From: an uncultured archaeon
Lineage (GTDB): Archaea > Aenigmatarchaeota > Aenigmatarchaeia > GW2011-AR5
Assembly (NCBI GenBank): GCA_964373255.1
Contig: CAYJTG010000001.1
Coordinates: 82,768 to 146,767, forward strand
Direction: 5' to 3'
Length of the DNA stretch: 64,000 nt
Within the stretch, counting starts at the first letter, position 1. Every line of letters begins with the position of its first letter. The translations under genes were made by a program, and so were the position numbers. Under the pieces are notes generated by a model. It was not told where the DNA came from. It was given only the letters and a program-made list of their open reading frames with translations, and searched no databases. Shown here piece by piece: positions 29,056 to 38,620 of this stretch.

Positions 29056-29742
29056 TTACTTCAATATATGATCTACAGTTGCATCAGCAAAAATCTTCAT
29101 TGTATCGTATATGTTGAGTTTATGTTGTGGTATTAGAAGCTGTAAATCTGTACAAGCTAATATTACATTTTTAACTCCTTTTTCTTCGAAATTGTCTATT
29201 ATTTTAAGAAGCTCTTGTCTATCCTTATTTGCATGTCTGTTCAAAACAATATTGTTTATTATCTTTCCTATTTTAGCTTGGTCAAACTCATCAGGTAAAA
29301 CTTGCTCTATACATTCTTTTTTTAGGGCATCCTCATATAGTTTATTTTTTATAATACTTGGTGTTGCTAAAATACCGACTTTTGATATTTTTTTGTTTTT
29401 TAGAAATTTGACAGTTTCTTCTATAATGCTTAATACAGGTATTTTTACTGATTTTCTAATCTCTTTAATAAATATATGAAGTGTATTACATGGCATAACT
29501 AAAAAATCAGCACCAGCTTTTTCTAACATTTTTGCAGCTTTAGTGAGATACGGAATATATCTGTCTTCTCCTCTTGCTTCTACCTGTGCTTCTTTTTCAA
29601 TTTTGTAACTTTGTGGGATATTCCAGATTAAAATTCCGGGTCTTCTCTCTTTATTTTTTTGATAACAACCGAAACTTAATTCTAAATAAAACTCAGCTGT
29701 TGTTTCAGGTCCTAAACCGCCAATTATGCCAACTGTTTTCAT
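29056..29742 (-). CDS. Aspartate/glutamate racemase family protein
   Basis: GGLGPETT, MPCNTLH, ILACTDL catalytic-Cys motifs. Markedly AT-rich compared with its neighbours. Confidence 0.65.
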   Translation of the reverse strand: MKTVGIIGGLGPETTAEFYLELSFGCYQKNKERRPGILIWNIPQSYKIEKEAQVEARGEDRYIPYLTKAAKMLEKAGADFLVMPCNTLHIFIKEIRKSVKIPVLSIIEETVKFLKNKKISKVGILATPSIIKNKLYEDALKKECIEQVLPDEFDQAKIGKIINNIVLNRHANKDRQELLKIIDNFEEKGVKNVILACTDLQLLIPQHKLNIYDTMKIFADATVDHILK

Positions 29743-29927
29743 ACAACTAGTTTTATATTCAATTCTTTATAAAACTTCTCAAAAAAACGCGCCCGAGACC
29801 GACTCTTCGGAAGCTTCGCTTCCTCGTCCTCACTTTATTCGGAGCCTCACTGTTTGCTTACAATCCTAAAAAAGAAAAAGTAAAAATATGCTTTTGGTCT
29901 GAAGTAAGCTTCACTATTCTAAGAAAG

Positions 29928-31070
29928 TTATGGTATATAGTTTACCGCTCCATATGCATCTACTCTGCCCCAACCGTAACTTGAATCCCAACCAGACTTT
30001 CCTAGATCCTTAGCTGTTTTGAACAATGCATTCTCTATCTGAGATACTGTATATTCAGGATGAGCAAATTTTATTAGCGCCGCTGTTCCACTAACCATTG
30101 GAGTTGCCATGCTGGTGCCGCTGGCAGTGGCATAAGAAGTACCGAGCCATGTTGAAAACAGACTAACGCCGGGTGCCGTCACGTCAACAGCACTGCCTCT
30201 TCCTGAAAATCTTGCAATTTTATCAGAGCTATTAACTGCGCCAACTGTTGTGGAATAGCTTATGCAACCTGGAATTGAAACGCCCGCGCCTCCACTATTG
30301 CCTGCTGCAACAATAACAGCAACATTTCTGTCTCTTGCATATTTTATAGCATTAGTTAAACTTGGTAAAACATTATCGCAGAATCCTTTGTAAGTATAAG
30401 GCTGTGATGTGCCGAGGCTCATGCTTATCCCATCTGCATTAAAATCATCTGGTGTTCCATAAATTCCATCAGGTCCATCTACTGCCCAGTAAATTGCAGC
30501 AACAACATCGCTAAAGTATCCTGAACCGGAAGAAGATAAAACTTTTCCAGCAACAATTCCAGCATCTGGACTAACTCCCTTAGCAGAAGCCAAAACTCCG
30601 TCAGCAGTTATAATTCCAGCGACATGACTCCCATGGCCATTATCATCAAACGGATCATCATCATTATTAACAAAATCTTTTCCTCCAAGATAGCTCGAAC
30701 TTAATTCTGGATGATTATAATTGTAACCTGTGTCAAGGATAACAATTTTCCTTCCTGCTCCGTTGTTACTAGATGACTGCACTGTGTCTGCTCTTATCTG
30801 TTTATTAGCGTTTGAATCCATTGCAAACACTTTAATATCTTCTTGTAAACCTAATGAAGAAGCAACATCAGCTGAACAAACCAGGGCCTTTAGTGTTCTG
30901 GCCTCCCTAACTTTCTCACAACCCTTTGCTAATGCATCTGAAACTTCTTTATCTGTATGAGCGATTACTCTTACTTTCTCTTTGCCTTGTGCTGAAACCA
31001 CCACAACTGACGATACTAACAATAATAATATCATCACAACATAAACCCAGCTTTTAATTTGTATTTTCAT
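29928..31070 (-). CDS. Secreted subtilisin-like serine protease (peptidase S8)
   Basis: Catalytic triad motifs ILDTGYNYNHPE (Asp), HGSHVAGI (His), GTSMATPMVSG (Ser). Start placed at MKIQIKSW, which begins a signal peptide. The longer track ORF overlaps aspS. Confidence 0.75.
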   Translation of the reverse strand: MKIQIKSWVYVVMILLLLVSSVVVVSAQGKEKVRVIAHTDKEVSDALAKGCEKVREARTLKALVCSADVASSLGLQEDIKVFAMDSNANKQIRADTVQSSSNNGAGRKIVILDTGYNYNHPELSSSYLGGKDFVNNDDDPFDDNGHGSHVAGIITADGVLASAKGVSPDAGIVAGKVLSSSGSGYFSDVVAAIYWAVDGPDGIYGTPDDFNADGISMSLGTSQPYTYKGFCDNVLPSLTNAIKYARDRNVAVIVAAGNSGGAGVSIPGCISYSTTVGAVNSSDKIARFSGRGSAVDVTAPGVSLFSTWLGTSYATASGTSMATPMVSGTAALIKFAHPEYTVSQIENALFKTAKDLGKSGWDSSYGWGRVDAYGAVNYIP

Positions 31071-31111
31071 GATATATTCTATTGAGCATATCATATATTT
31101 AAATCTCTTTT

Positions 31112-32389
31112 TCAGGGGTACGCCCTGTTTATCACGCGCGGGAAAGGCATGGCGTCGCGTATGTGCTCCAGCTTCAGGATCCAGCGCATGAACCGCTCTA
31201 CGCCCAAGCCGAAGCCTGAGTGCGGGACCGACCCGTACTTTCTCAGGTCCAGGTACCATTGGTAGTTTTTCAAATCTGCGTTCTGCTTCTTTAATCGTGC
31301 AACAAGCTTGTCGTAGTCTGTCTCGCGCTCTGAGCCGCCGATGATCTCACCGTAGCCCTGCGGCGCGAGCATGTCTGCGCACAAGACAGTCCTTGCATCA
31401 GCGGGATTCTCTTTCATGTAGAACGCCTTTGCCTCTAATGGATAGTTTACGACGAAGATAGGTTTTTCCTCTTTCTCCGTTAGAATCCGTTCGTCCTCTG
31501 TACCTAGGTCATCGCCCCACTTTATCGGCGAATTATTTTTTTGCAGGATTTTTATTGCGTCGTTGTAATCGAGCCGCCTGAATTGGGGCTTTATCGAAGA
31601 CAAATAATCTGGCTGGCCTTCAAGCTCCAGAATTTTTAATTCGCCTTTCATCCCGCTTACTTTTTCGCACAGGTAACTTATGAGATTTTCTTGTATCTTC
31701 ATGTTCTCCTCGTGATCGACAAAGGCCGCCTCTGGCTCCAGGTGCCAGTATTCAGCCAGATGCCTCACCGTCCGGGACTTTTCTGCGCGGAAGGATGGCG
31801 TTATGGCGTACACGCGTTCCAGGCCGAAGATCAGCGCTTCCTGATAGAGCTGGGCTGACTGTGATAAATAAGCAGTAGAATCAAAGTACTTGAACTCAAA
31901 AAGCGTTGACCCGCCCTCGACGCCTGACGTGGTAATTATGGGCGGCGTTGTCTCAATGAATCCGGAATCGTCGAGAAACTCGCGGGCTGCTTTCATTATT
32001 CCTGCTTTTATTTTCATAACGGCTGTCTGCTTTCTCGAGCGCACCCACAAATGCTTCTGGTCGAGAAGCAGTTCGGTTGATTTGTCCTTTGTAATAGGAA
32101 AAACATCAGATGAATGTATTATCTTCAGCCCTTCTGCCTCGATTTCGTAGCCCGTAGGCGCACGCTCGTCCTTCTTGACTACGCCACTTACAATGACGCT
32201 GGATTCTATCAGCAGTTTTTCTGATTCCCTGAAATGGGGGCTGGAATCGCGAATTGTGCACTGGATAATGCCTGTAACGTCCCGAACAACCATGAAAACG
32301 ACATTTTTGCTCGACCTTATTCTGTAGATCCAGCCGCGGACCTCTGCTGATTTTCCCACACAGCCGTCATTTATGTCAGAGATTTTCAT
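31112..32389 (-). CDS. aspS: Aspartyl-tRNA synthetase, short archaeal/eukaryal type (likely non-discriminating, given gatCAB)
   Basis: 425 aa; N-terminal OB domain VRGWIYRIRSSKNVVFMVVRD; class II motifs (FRAE, GLGVERF). Confidence 0.85.
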   Translation of the reverse strand: MKISDINDGCVGKSAEVRGWIYRIRSSKNVVFMVVRDVTGIIQCTIRDSSPHFRESEKLLIESSVIVSGVVKKDERAPTGYEIEAEGLKIIHSSDVFPITKDKSTELLLDQKHLWVRSRKQTAVMKIKAGIMKAAREFLDDSGFIETTPPIITTSGVEGGSTLFEFKYFDSTAYLSQSAQLYQEALIFGLERVYAITPSFRAEKSRTVRHLAEYWHLEPEAAFVDHEENMKIQENLISYLCEKVSGMKGELKILELEGQPDYLSSIKPQFRRLDYNDAIKILQKNNSPIKWGDDLGTEDERILTEKEEKPIFVVNYPLEAKAFYMKENPADARTVLCADMLAPQGYGEIIGGSERETDYDKLVARLKKQNADLKNYQWYLDLRKYGSVPHSGFGLGVERFMRWILKLEHIRDAMPFPRVINRAYP

Positions 32390-32754
32390 GGCTCAATCAC
32401 TCTTTTTGAAAAGAAATACACACAGGCAAACCACTTGTACTTGTTTCTTCCGTCTATCTGCAGATCTGCATCAACAGGTACCTCGAACTTACGAAAAAAT
32501 TTGCTGTGGTATTTGGGTACTTCACGCCCGTCCTCTACTCCTGCAAGATTAAATTCGTAGACAGACGCCTTACTAGCTACGTGTAGTGTTATGCGCCCAT
32601 CTATAGAAGGAATCTTTGCTGTAAGCAGGTTCGTGTTTCTTAGTGTTAGTCTCTTTATCATCTCTTCTGTCTTCTCTACGTCGAGGCTTTCTGCATCTGG
32701 TATAGTTTCGAGATATCCTGGCAAGTCTGAATAATATATTTCTTTACCATCCAT
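32386..32754 (-). CDS. Uncharacterized protein, translationally coupled upstream of aspS
   Basis: ORF with 4-nt overlap of the aspS start. Confidence 0.4.
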   Translation of the reverse strand: MDGKEIYYSDLPGYLETIPDAESLDVEKTEEMIKRLTLRNTNLLTAKIPSIDGRITLHVASKASVYEFNLAGVEDGREVPKYHSKFFRKFEVPVDADLQIDGRNKYKWFACVYFFSKRVIEP

Positions 32755-32832
32755 TGTAGAAATAATAGATATAACTTATTAAAAACCTTATGTAATACTT
32801 TCTTGATTAAACTTCTTTTACAAAGAAGTTTA

Positions 32833-33141
32833 TTACACAGCTCGTGGTCCCTTGAAGAAGCCGTCTTCCTTGTGTTTTGTGTTCGCCAGCGCCTGTTCTC
32901 TTGTCAGCGACTGTTCAGGCTCGTCCTTGCGAAGAACGTCCTTGACGTCGATGGGATGAAAAGAAGGCTTTACGTTTGCTTTTGCCTTGTCGAGCTCCCT
33001 GAAAGCCAAAATTATCTCATTTAATTCTTTCTGGTATTTTTTTGCCGCGGCTGGCGTGAGGTTTATGCGGGCAAGCCTGGCGACGTGCATGACCGTATCC
33101 AGCGATATCGCGCCGTTTTTCCGGCTTTTCTGTTTTTTCAT
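32833..33141 (-). CDS. gatC: Asp-tRNA(Asn)/Glu-tRNA(Gln) amidotransferase subunit C
   Basis: LDTVMHVARLARINLTPAAAKKYQKELNEIILAFRELDK is GatC-like. Start placed at an internal Met; the track ORF extends to 33186. Confidence 0.65.
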   Translation of the reverse strand: MKKQKSRKNGAISLDTVMHVARLARINLTPAAAKKYQKELNEIILAFRELDKAKANVKPSFHPIDVKDVLRKDEPEQSLTREQALANTKHKEDGFFKGPRAV

Positions 33142-33205
33142 CATGAATATTTGGAAAGAAAGTATAAAAACTATCAAAATCAACAAAAAAATAAAATACT
33201 AGAAA

Positions 33206-33664
33206 CTACTCCTTTGCAAAGTAGCCGTTGATCAGACCGAGCAGCCCGAGGACGAGCGCGCCGTAGATGAAGTACCCTGTCACAGGAACAAGCAGTGCGC
33301 TGAAAAGGTATATTACGCCTAAACCCATCCCTGACACGTCGTTCATCTTCTGGCCGCCGACAAACAGCGCAGCACCCAGCAGGATTAGCCACAGGGACAT
33401 CAGCCAGTAGTACGGGAATGCCACGAGATTGGCCGCGAGCGCTACCGTCACCAAAAAGCCGAATACGCCTGCCTGCATCCACACATTTCCGATATCCTTT
33501 GGCATCTTTTTCATGGTCTTGCCGACGGCATAGTTCAGGATGTTTAAGATTATTGCCCATGCCACCCACAAGGTCGCTTCGCTGTAGCCTGCCTTGAGCG
33601 CGTAGTCAGACGCCCAAAGACCGACCAACAGAACTAAACCCCATCCGATTACAGATGTTTTCAT
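33206..33664 (-). CDS. Integral membrane protein (4 TM)
   Basis: ORF with hydrophobic helices. Confidence 0.45.
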   Translation of the reverse strand: MKTSVIGWGLVLLVGLWASDYALKAGYSEATLWVAWAIILNILNYAVGKTMKKMPKDIGNVWMQAGVFGFLVTVALAANLVAFPYYWLMSLWLILLGAALFVGGQKMNDVSGMGLGVIYLFSALLVPVTGYFIYGALVLGLLGLINGYFAKE

Positions 33665-34235
33665 TAAATAACTATTTGTCTGGCCGGTATTTATAGTTCT
33701 ACATTAAGGGAAACCCAGGTTTCCCTTATAACACGCAAAGAACCAAAGGTTCTTTGGTGCACCAGAAAGCTTTGCTTTCTGTGTGTCTAGACTTAATCCT
33801 TTCCTAAGCTAGAACTTAATCCTTTCCTAAGCTAGAAATTGTAATAATTTTCTCAAAATAATTTTTCTTGATTGACCTTTTGATAATAAATTTATCCTGA
33901 TAATTTTTCTTGATTGACCTTCTTTTTTGAAAGAAATTTTTTTGATTAACCTTTTTTCCACTTTAGTTAATACAAAAAAGGTTAAAAGAAAGAGTCGGCA
34001 GCCGGCAAGCCACTCAGCATACCATTGAAGGCCTGCCTTATGATCTCACCGACTGCCTATCTTTGGGGTGTGGTCAGCATAAGACGAAAACCTAGGTTTT
34101 CATTCTTATCAACTTCCTTTCCTAGGTGACTTTCGCCATATTATTTTCTACTTATTTTCTTTAGGGTTCACCAATCCTTTTCTTTTCAAAAGAAAGGGAT
34201 TGGCAATGACGAAAACGCCCCAAATAATTTCGCCA

Positions 34236-35357
34236 TCACTTCAGCATCTCTATGCCCAGTTCACTCTGCACTTTTTGCAGCGTAGCTGTTCTTTTTCCTG
34301 TTGGACCCAGTATGTACGGCGACTTGACGCCTGTAATGATCGTGATAACCTGTATCTTGTGCTCGAACTCTGGCAGAACCCTTGCGCCCCAGATGACCTG
34401 CGCGTTAGCCGCCAGCTGTTGCTGGACAGCTTCTCCGATGACATTTATCTCATCTAATTTCATGTCCGGCCCGCCGACGACCTGGATCAAAGCGCCTGTC
34501 GCGCCTGAATAGTCAACCTCTAGCAGCGGGTGCGACAATGCCTTTGTTATGGCGTCCAAAGCACGATTGGGCGCTTCGCTCTCGCCCACGCTTATCGTGG
34601 CGACGCCGCCTGCGCGCATTATCGCACGCACGTCAGCGTAATCCAGATTAACAAGCGAAGGGACCGAGATCGTTTCTGTTATGCCCTTTATCATCGTGGC
34701 TATGAGTCCATCAGCAATGCCGAACGCCTCTTTCAACGGCTTATTCCCGGCAAGTTCGAGAAGCCTCTGGTTTTCAATAACTATTACAGTGTCCGTGCTC
34801 TCCCTGAGCTGTGCAAGGCCTTCTTCTGCCTTTATGAGCCGTGCGCCTTCCAGCCTGAAAGGCATTGTAACAGCCGCGATAACAATCGCGCCTGTTTCCT
34901 TTGCCAGCTTTCCTATGACAGGCGCAGCACCGGTTCCTGTTCCGCCGCCTAAGCCGCACGTCAGAAAGAGTAAATCAACGCCCTCGAGCATTTTTCTGAT
35001 GTCGTTCTTGCTCTCCAGCGCTGCCTGTTTTCCAATATCAGGGTAGCCGCCTGCTCCCATGCCCTTGGTGAGATTTCTTCCAATAAGCACCTTCTGGTGC
35101 GCCTTGCTTATTGAAAGGTGTTTTGCATCCGTGTTGACAGCCACAACGGTCGCGCCCTCTATGCCCTTGTTGAACAACGCGGTTGCTGTGTTGTTCCCGC
35201 CGCCGCCTGCGCCAACAATCATTATTTTTGCCTTATGAACATCCAAATCTCCCTGGACATTAGCGAAGTCATGGTCCACAATAGTCACATCCTGTTTTTG
35301 CGTAATTTCTGCACAATTTTCGCATAATCTATATAGTGCAATATATATTTTTGTCAA
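34236..35357 (-). CDS. ftsZ: Cell-division GTPase FtsZ (tubulin/FtsZ family)
   Basis: GAGGGGNN, GLGGGTGTGAAPV tubulin signature, and a T7 loop region. The start may lie downstream of the first Met. Confidence 0.8.
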   Translation of the reverse strand: MTKIYIALYRLCENCAEITQKQDVTIVDHDFANVQGDLDVHKAKIMIVGAGGGGNNTATALFNKGIEGATVVAVNTDAKHLSISKAHQKVLIGRNLTKGMGAGGYPDIGKQAALESKNDIRKMLEGVDLLFLTCGLGGGTGTGAAPVIGKLAKETGAIVIAAVTMPFRLEGARLIKAEEGLAQLRESTDTVIVIENQRLLELAGNKPLKEAFGIADGLIATMIKGITETISVPSLVNLDYADVRAIMRAGGVATISVGESEAPNRALDAITKALSHPLLEVDYSGATGALIQVVGGPDMKLDEINVIGEAVQQQLAANAQVIWGARVLPEFEHKIQVITIITGVKSPYILGPTGKRTATLQKVQSELGIEMLK

Positions 35358-35633
35358 GCGAAAACTGTTTTTATACTACGATATATATTAAACTCTAGAA
35401 ATAGTGCAATTGTCCACCAAAATCGATTGTCCAGATCGACTAGGTAATAGTTCTATTACACGTTGTCCAGACGTGTAATTACTTTTTATATCATTGTTTA
35501 GTCTTAAGAATATTTGTATTATGCAAACGTATATTTTACAGAATATAGGTTACTGATATATCCACCAAAAATCATATCTCTTTGACGAGAACGAGCCTGT
35601 CTTTGCCCTCTATGTAAAAATTTTTGTCAATTT

Positions 35634-35948
35634 TCAGATTTTTGAATCCCGTTTTATAATAAAATTTTCGCGTTTCCTCTTCTGAACAGTCATTAACAGC
35701 GTTTTGCCAATGCCTTTTCTTCTGTAATTTGGTAAGATACCCATCCACATTATCTCAGCCATATATTTCCATGTGCGGTACATAACAAAGCCGACAATTT
35801 TACCTTTGTCGGAGGCAACAAAACACCGCTGGCTTTTGAAAGCATTTCTTATGCCTCTTCTTCCTCTTGCCGTAAACCACTTGGAAAGCGACCTGGCGAT
35901 CGTCATTATTTCTTTCAGGTCGGATTTTTCCGCTTTTTTTATTTTCAT
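35634..35948 (-). CDS. GNAT-family acetyltransferase, possibly frameshifted/truncated at the C-terminus
   Basis: RRKGIGKTLLM acetyl-CoA motif. A plausible continuation (NFYIEGKDRLVLVKEI) lies in another frame at ~35580-35645. Confidence 0.45.
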   Translation of the reverse strand: MKIKKAEKSDLKEIMTIARSLSKWFTARGRRGIRNAFKSQRCFVASDKGKIVGFVMYRTWKYMAEIMWMGILPNYRRKGIGKTLLMTVQKRKRENFIIKRDSKI

Positions 35949-36000
35949 AGATTTAATTAAGCATCATCAGAATTTATAGTTCAGATTCCAGAATTAAATC

Positions 36001-36630
36001 ATGAAGCTGACAATCCTGCTAATTCTGATTGCGATAGCTGTTTTTTTCATAAGCTTCAGCTTGGACACAGAATCAGTCTTCAATACGTATGGTTTCTCCG
36101 GCAAAAACATGCTGGCAAATCCTGTTGTTCTAATAACATCCATCTTCCTGCACGCCTCGCTCATCCACCTGCTTTCAAACATCCTGATATGGTTCTTCTT
36201 CGGCTCGGCCGTCGAGAAGGAACTGGGCGCGGCAAAGACGCTGGCTATATTTTTCCTGGGCGCATTCGCCGGCAGCTTTTTGTCACTTCTTTTCTACCCG
36301 TTCGACACCATAGGCATAGGCGCGTCGGCAGGCATTTTTGCCCTCGTGGGCACGGGCATGCTCGTCAAGCCGATGGACCTTTCATTCTATCCGCTCATCG
36401 TGCCCGTCCCGCTCATCTTTCTGGGCATCCTGTACGCGGTCTACAACGTCTACGCATTTTTCATGGGCATCGATCAGTCTGTATCGTACGTCGCGCATTT
36501 CGGCGGATTGATCGTAGGCCTTGTGTTCGGCTTCAGGACGACCGGCGTCAAGCACGGGCTGAAAATAATTCTGCTTGCGATCGGCGTCATGGCGCTTATA
36601 CCGATATTGTGGAAGCTGCTGTTCGGGTAG
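36001..36630 (+). CDS. Rhomboid-family intramembrane serine protease
   Basis: GASAGIFALVG (GxSG) and AHFGGLIVG (catalytic His) in TM helices. Confidence 0.7.
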   Translation: MKLTILLILIAIAVFFISFSLDTESVFNTYGFSGKNMLANPVVLITSIFLHASLIHLLSNILIWFFFGSAVEKELGAAKTLAIFFLGAFAGSFLSLLFYPFDTIGIGASAGIFALVGTGMLVKPMDLSFYPLIVPVPLIFLGILYAVYNVYAFFMGIDQSVSYVAHFGGLIVGLVFGFRTTGVKHGLKIILLAIGVMALIPILWKLLFG

Positions 36631-36672
36631 AGGTGATGAAGAAATGAAAACAAAATTATAATTAGAAGCGTC

Positions 36673-37062
36673 CTAAACAGGGTAAATTTTCTGCTGCTGA
36701 AAATAAACAGAATGAATTAGTCCTCTTTCAAGCTCGATATTTTTAGATGAATAAAATCCATCCTTTTTAAGTTTCTTATGTAGTCTTTCGGCTTTTTTAG
36801 TTAGTATTAAATATGAAGAATAACCGCCTTCTCTGGTATTCCATGGATCACTAACAGAAACGTACTTTACTAGTCCAAGCCTCTTCCAAATACTCGTATC
36901 ATCGTCTCCAAAAAGACGATATCTACCATTAACTTCGGGGAATTTAGATTCTATAGGCCTACATTGAAAGCTAGTATCTAAGTTTGAAGCAATATAATTT
37001 ACTAGTTCGTCGATATCAATCTTTTCATTAATTAGCTTTCGAAGTTCTTCTTTTGCTTGCAT
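36673..37062 (-). CDS. Uncharacterized protein (AT-rich gene)
   Basis: ORF; composition differs from the flanks. Confidence 0.35.
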   Translation of the reverse strand: MQAKEELRKLINEKIDIDELVNYIASNLDTSFQCRPIESKFPEVNGRYRLFGDDDTSIWKRLGLVKYVSVSDPWNTREGGYSSYLILTKKAERLHKKLKKDGFYSSKNIELERGLIHSVYFQQQKIYPV

Positions 37063-37119
37063 ATGATTGCTATCACAGTAAAGTTTATAAATCTCTGAAT
37101 AAATAGAATCTCTTTCTTT

Positions 37120-38355
37120 TCATATCGCCACAGGGCTCGAGCCGGCGTGCCACGACTGTCGCGGGCGGACGCGGATCTTATAGATACGCTCCGAGTTGTC
37201 GTCCAGCACGATAGCCGCGCCCTTAACCTTTGGCAGCTCGTTGATGTATTTCCCTATGCCGAATATCAGGTACGTCTGCATGATTCCCTCCAGCGCCTCG
37301 ACGTCTGATTTTGCCGTCATGCTGTGCGATATCACGATGTCAGCCTGCGTGAGCGCATCAGGGCTGAGCTTGTTTGGCTGCTGGCTGATAAGGACAAGCG
37401 TTATCCCCGGCTGGCGGCCTTCTTTCACAACGGTGTTCAGGATATCTGTGGCAGCTGTTTTTCCAGTGTCCGGCAAAAAATTATGGGCCTCGTCGATAAA
37501 TATCCATGGAATGGGCGTCCTTTTTGCCGTTGACACCTCTATGATAGACTGCTCTTCCTTTCTGCGCGCCTTTGTCCTGTCTACAAAAATTTTCCTGCAC
37601 ACGATCCCGATAAGAAGCGCCCTCACTCCTTGTGGTGTCAAACTAACGTCGAGCACTGTGGACTTTCCTGGAACAAGTATGTCAGGTATCTTCTCATCGC
37701 CAAAGATGCCCCAGGATTCGGCTGCGTCAAACCTGTTTTGCAACGCGAGCTTCTCGTGCTCAAAGCCTTCCTCTTTTGAGATAGCAGAAATTATAGTATC
37801 GATGCCAAATTCCCTGTCGCCAAGTTTTTTGTACACCCTCTGGAGCAGTATGCCCAACGGGTCGTTCTGATTTATTGCAAAGACCGAGAGCCAGTCTTCC
37901 GCGGTCATCTGCGACGGCTTCACGGAGAAGACGCCGTCGTACTCAACGCCCGCCTCTGAGAACATTTCGGCCTGGCCCTCCGGAACGTAGACGTTCACGT
38001 CAAACCCCTTTGGCTTCATGCCCCACTCGTTGAGCAGCACAGCCTCGCGCTCGTTCGGCGTCTTCATGGTCCAGAATATTCCCTGCGTGTCGACGATGAG
38101 CGAGCACAGGTTGTTTCTTACGTTGGCCTGCATCATCTGCATCTCCTCGACCATGACGCCTGCATCAAACGACTTGCCGGTGCCTCTCTTGCCCGTGATT
38201 ACTATCAGGTGCGGCCGCAGGGCGTCGAGAAAAAGCGGTGTTGTGAGGTGCGTCTCATCGCCTGTCCCGACGATATGCTTCCCAAGAAAGAGCGTTCCAG
38301 TATCGCCGAACCTCTTTGCGTCTTCATCGTCACGGCCAACAACAATCTCTGTCAT
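37120..38355 (-). CDS. DUF87/HerA-like P-loop ATPase (second copy in window)
   Basis: Walker A GKRGTGKS, Walker B IFIDEAHNF. Start placed at MTEIVVGRDD; the track ORF extends to 38466 into repeat B. Confidence 0.6.
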   Translation of the reverse strand: MTEIVVGRDDEDAKRFGDTGTLFLGKHIVGTGDETHLTTPLFLDALRPHLIVITGKRGTGKSFDAGVMVEEMQMMQANVRNNLCSLIVDTQGIFWTMKTPNEREAVLLNEWGMKPKGFDVNVYVPEGQAEMFSEAGVEYDGVFSVKPSQMTAEDWLSVFAINQNDPLGILLQRVYKKLGDREFGIDTIISAISKEEGFEHEKLALQNRFDAAESWGIFGDEKIPDILVPGKSTVLDVSLTPQGVRALLIGIVCRKIFVDRTKARRKEEQSIIEVSTAKRTPIPWIFIDEAHNFLPDTGKTAATDILNTVVKEGRQPGITLVLISQQPNKLSPDALTQADIVISHSMTAKSDVEALEGIMQTYLIFGIGKYINELPKVKGAAIVLDDNSERIYKIRVRPRQSWHAGSSPVAI

Positions 38356-38444
38356 GAATATCACAAGTAAACTGAACAAAAATCTCCCTTTTCTTTGGGG
38401 CTTACAAAGACCTTTCTTTTGAAAAAGAAAGGGATTTGTATTGT

Positions 38445-38620
38445 ATTTATACATGGTGAATATCACTGTTTTGAAGCAGTGGTATTATAGTATTCACCTG
38501 TATAATACAATCCACGAATACATGGAGAATCGAAGATTCTCCTGTACAGGTGAAGCGTAGCTTCACCATGTATTATCTGTGGTATTTCAAAAAAATACCA
38601 CCATCTTTAGATTGTGGATT
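38445..38620. repeat. Repeat family B copy 2 (inverted relative to copy 1), immediately upstream of the DUF87 ATPase gene
   Basis: About 90% identity to 21780..21960 in reverse complement. Confidence 0.7.

Noticed and set aside
31112-32389. Asparaginyl-tRNA synthetase (asnS) instead of aspS.
   Set aside because: The presence of gatCAB and the absence of an AsnRS-specific signature favour a non-discriminating AspRS. The two are hard to separate without alignment.
33787-33835. Two adjacent 23-bp direct repeats (cttaatcctttcctaagctagaa), considered as a mini-CRISPR.
   Set aside because: Only two units with a 1-nt spacer, so it is not an array.
34236-35357. CetZ/tubulin versus FtsZ assignment.
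   Set aside because: Cannot be resolved by eye; GGGTGTG and the overall layout fit FtsZ best, so it is called ftsZ with the caveat.
37120-38466. FlaI/PilB-type pilus assembly ATPase call for the 448-aa ATPase near the pilin island.
   Set aside because: Walker A GKRGTGKS and the DEAH-type Walker B resemble HerA/DUF87 rather than the GxxGSGKTT secretion-ATPase family.
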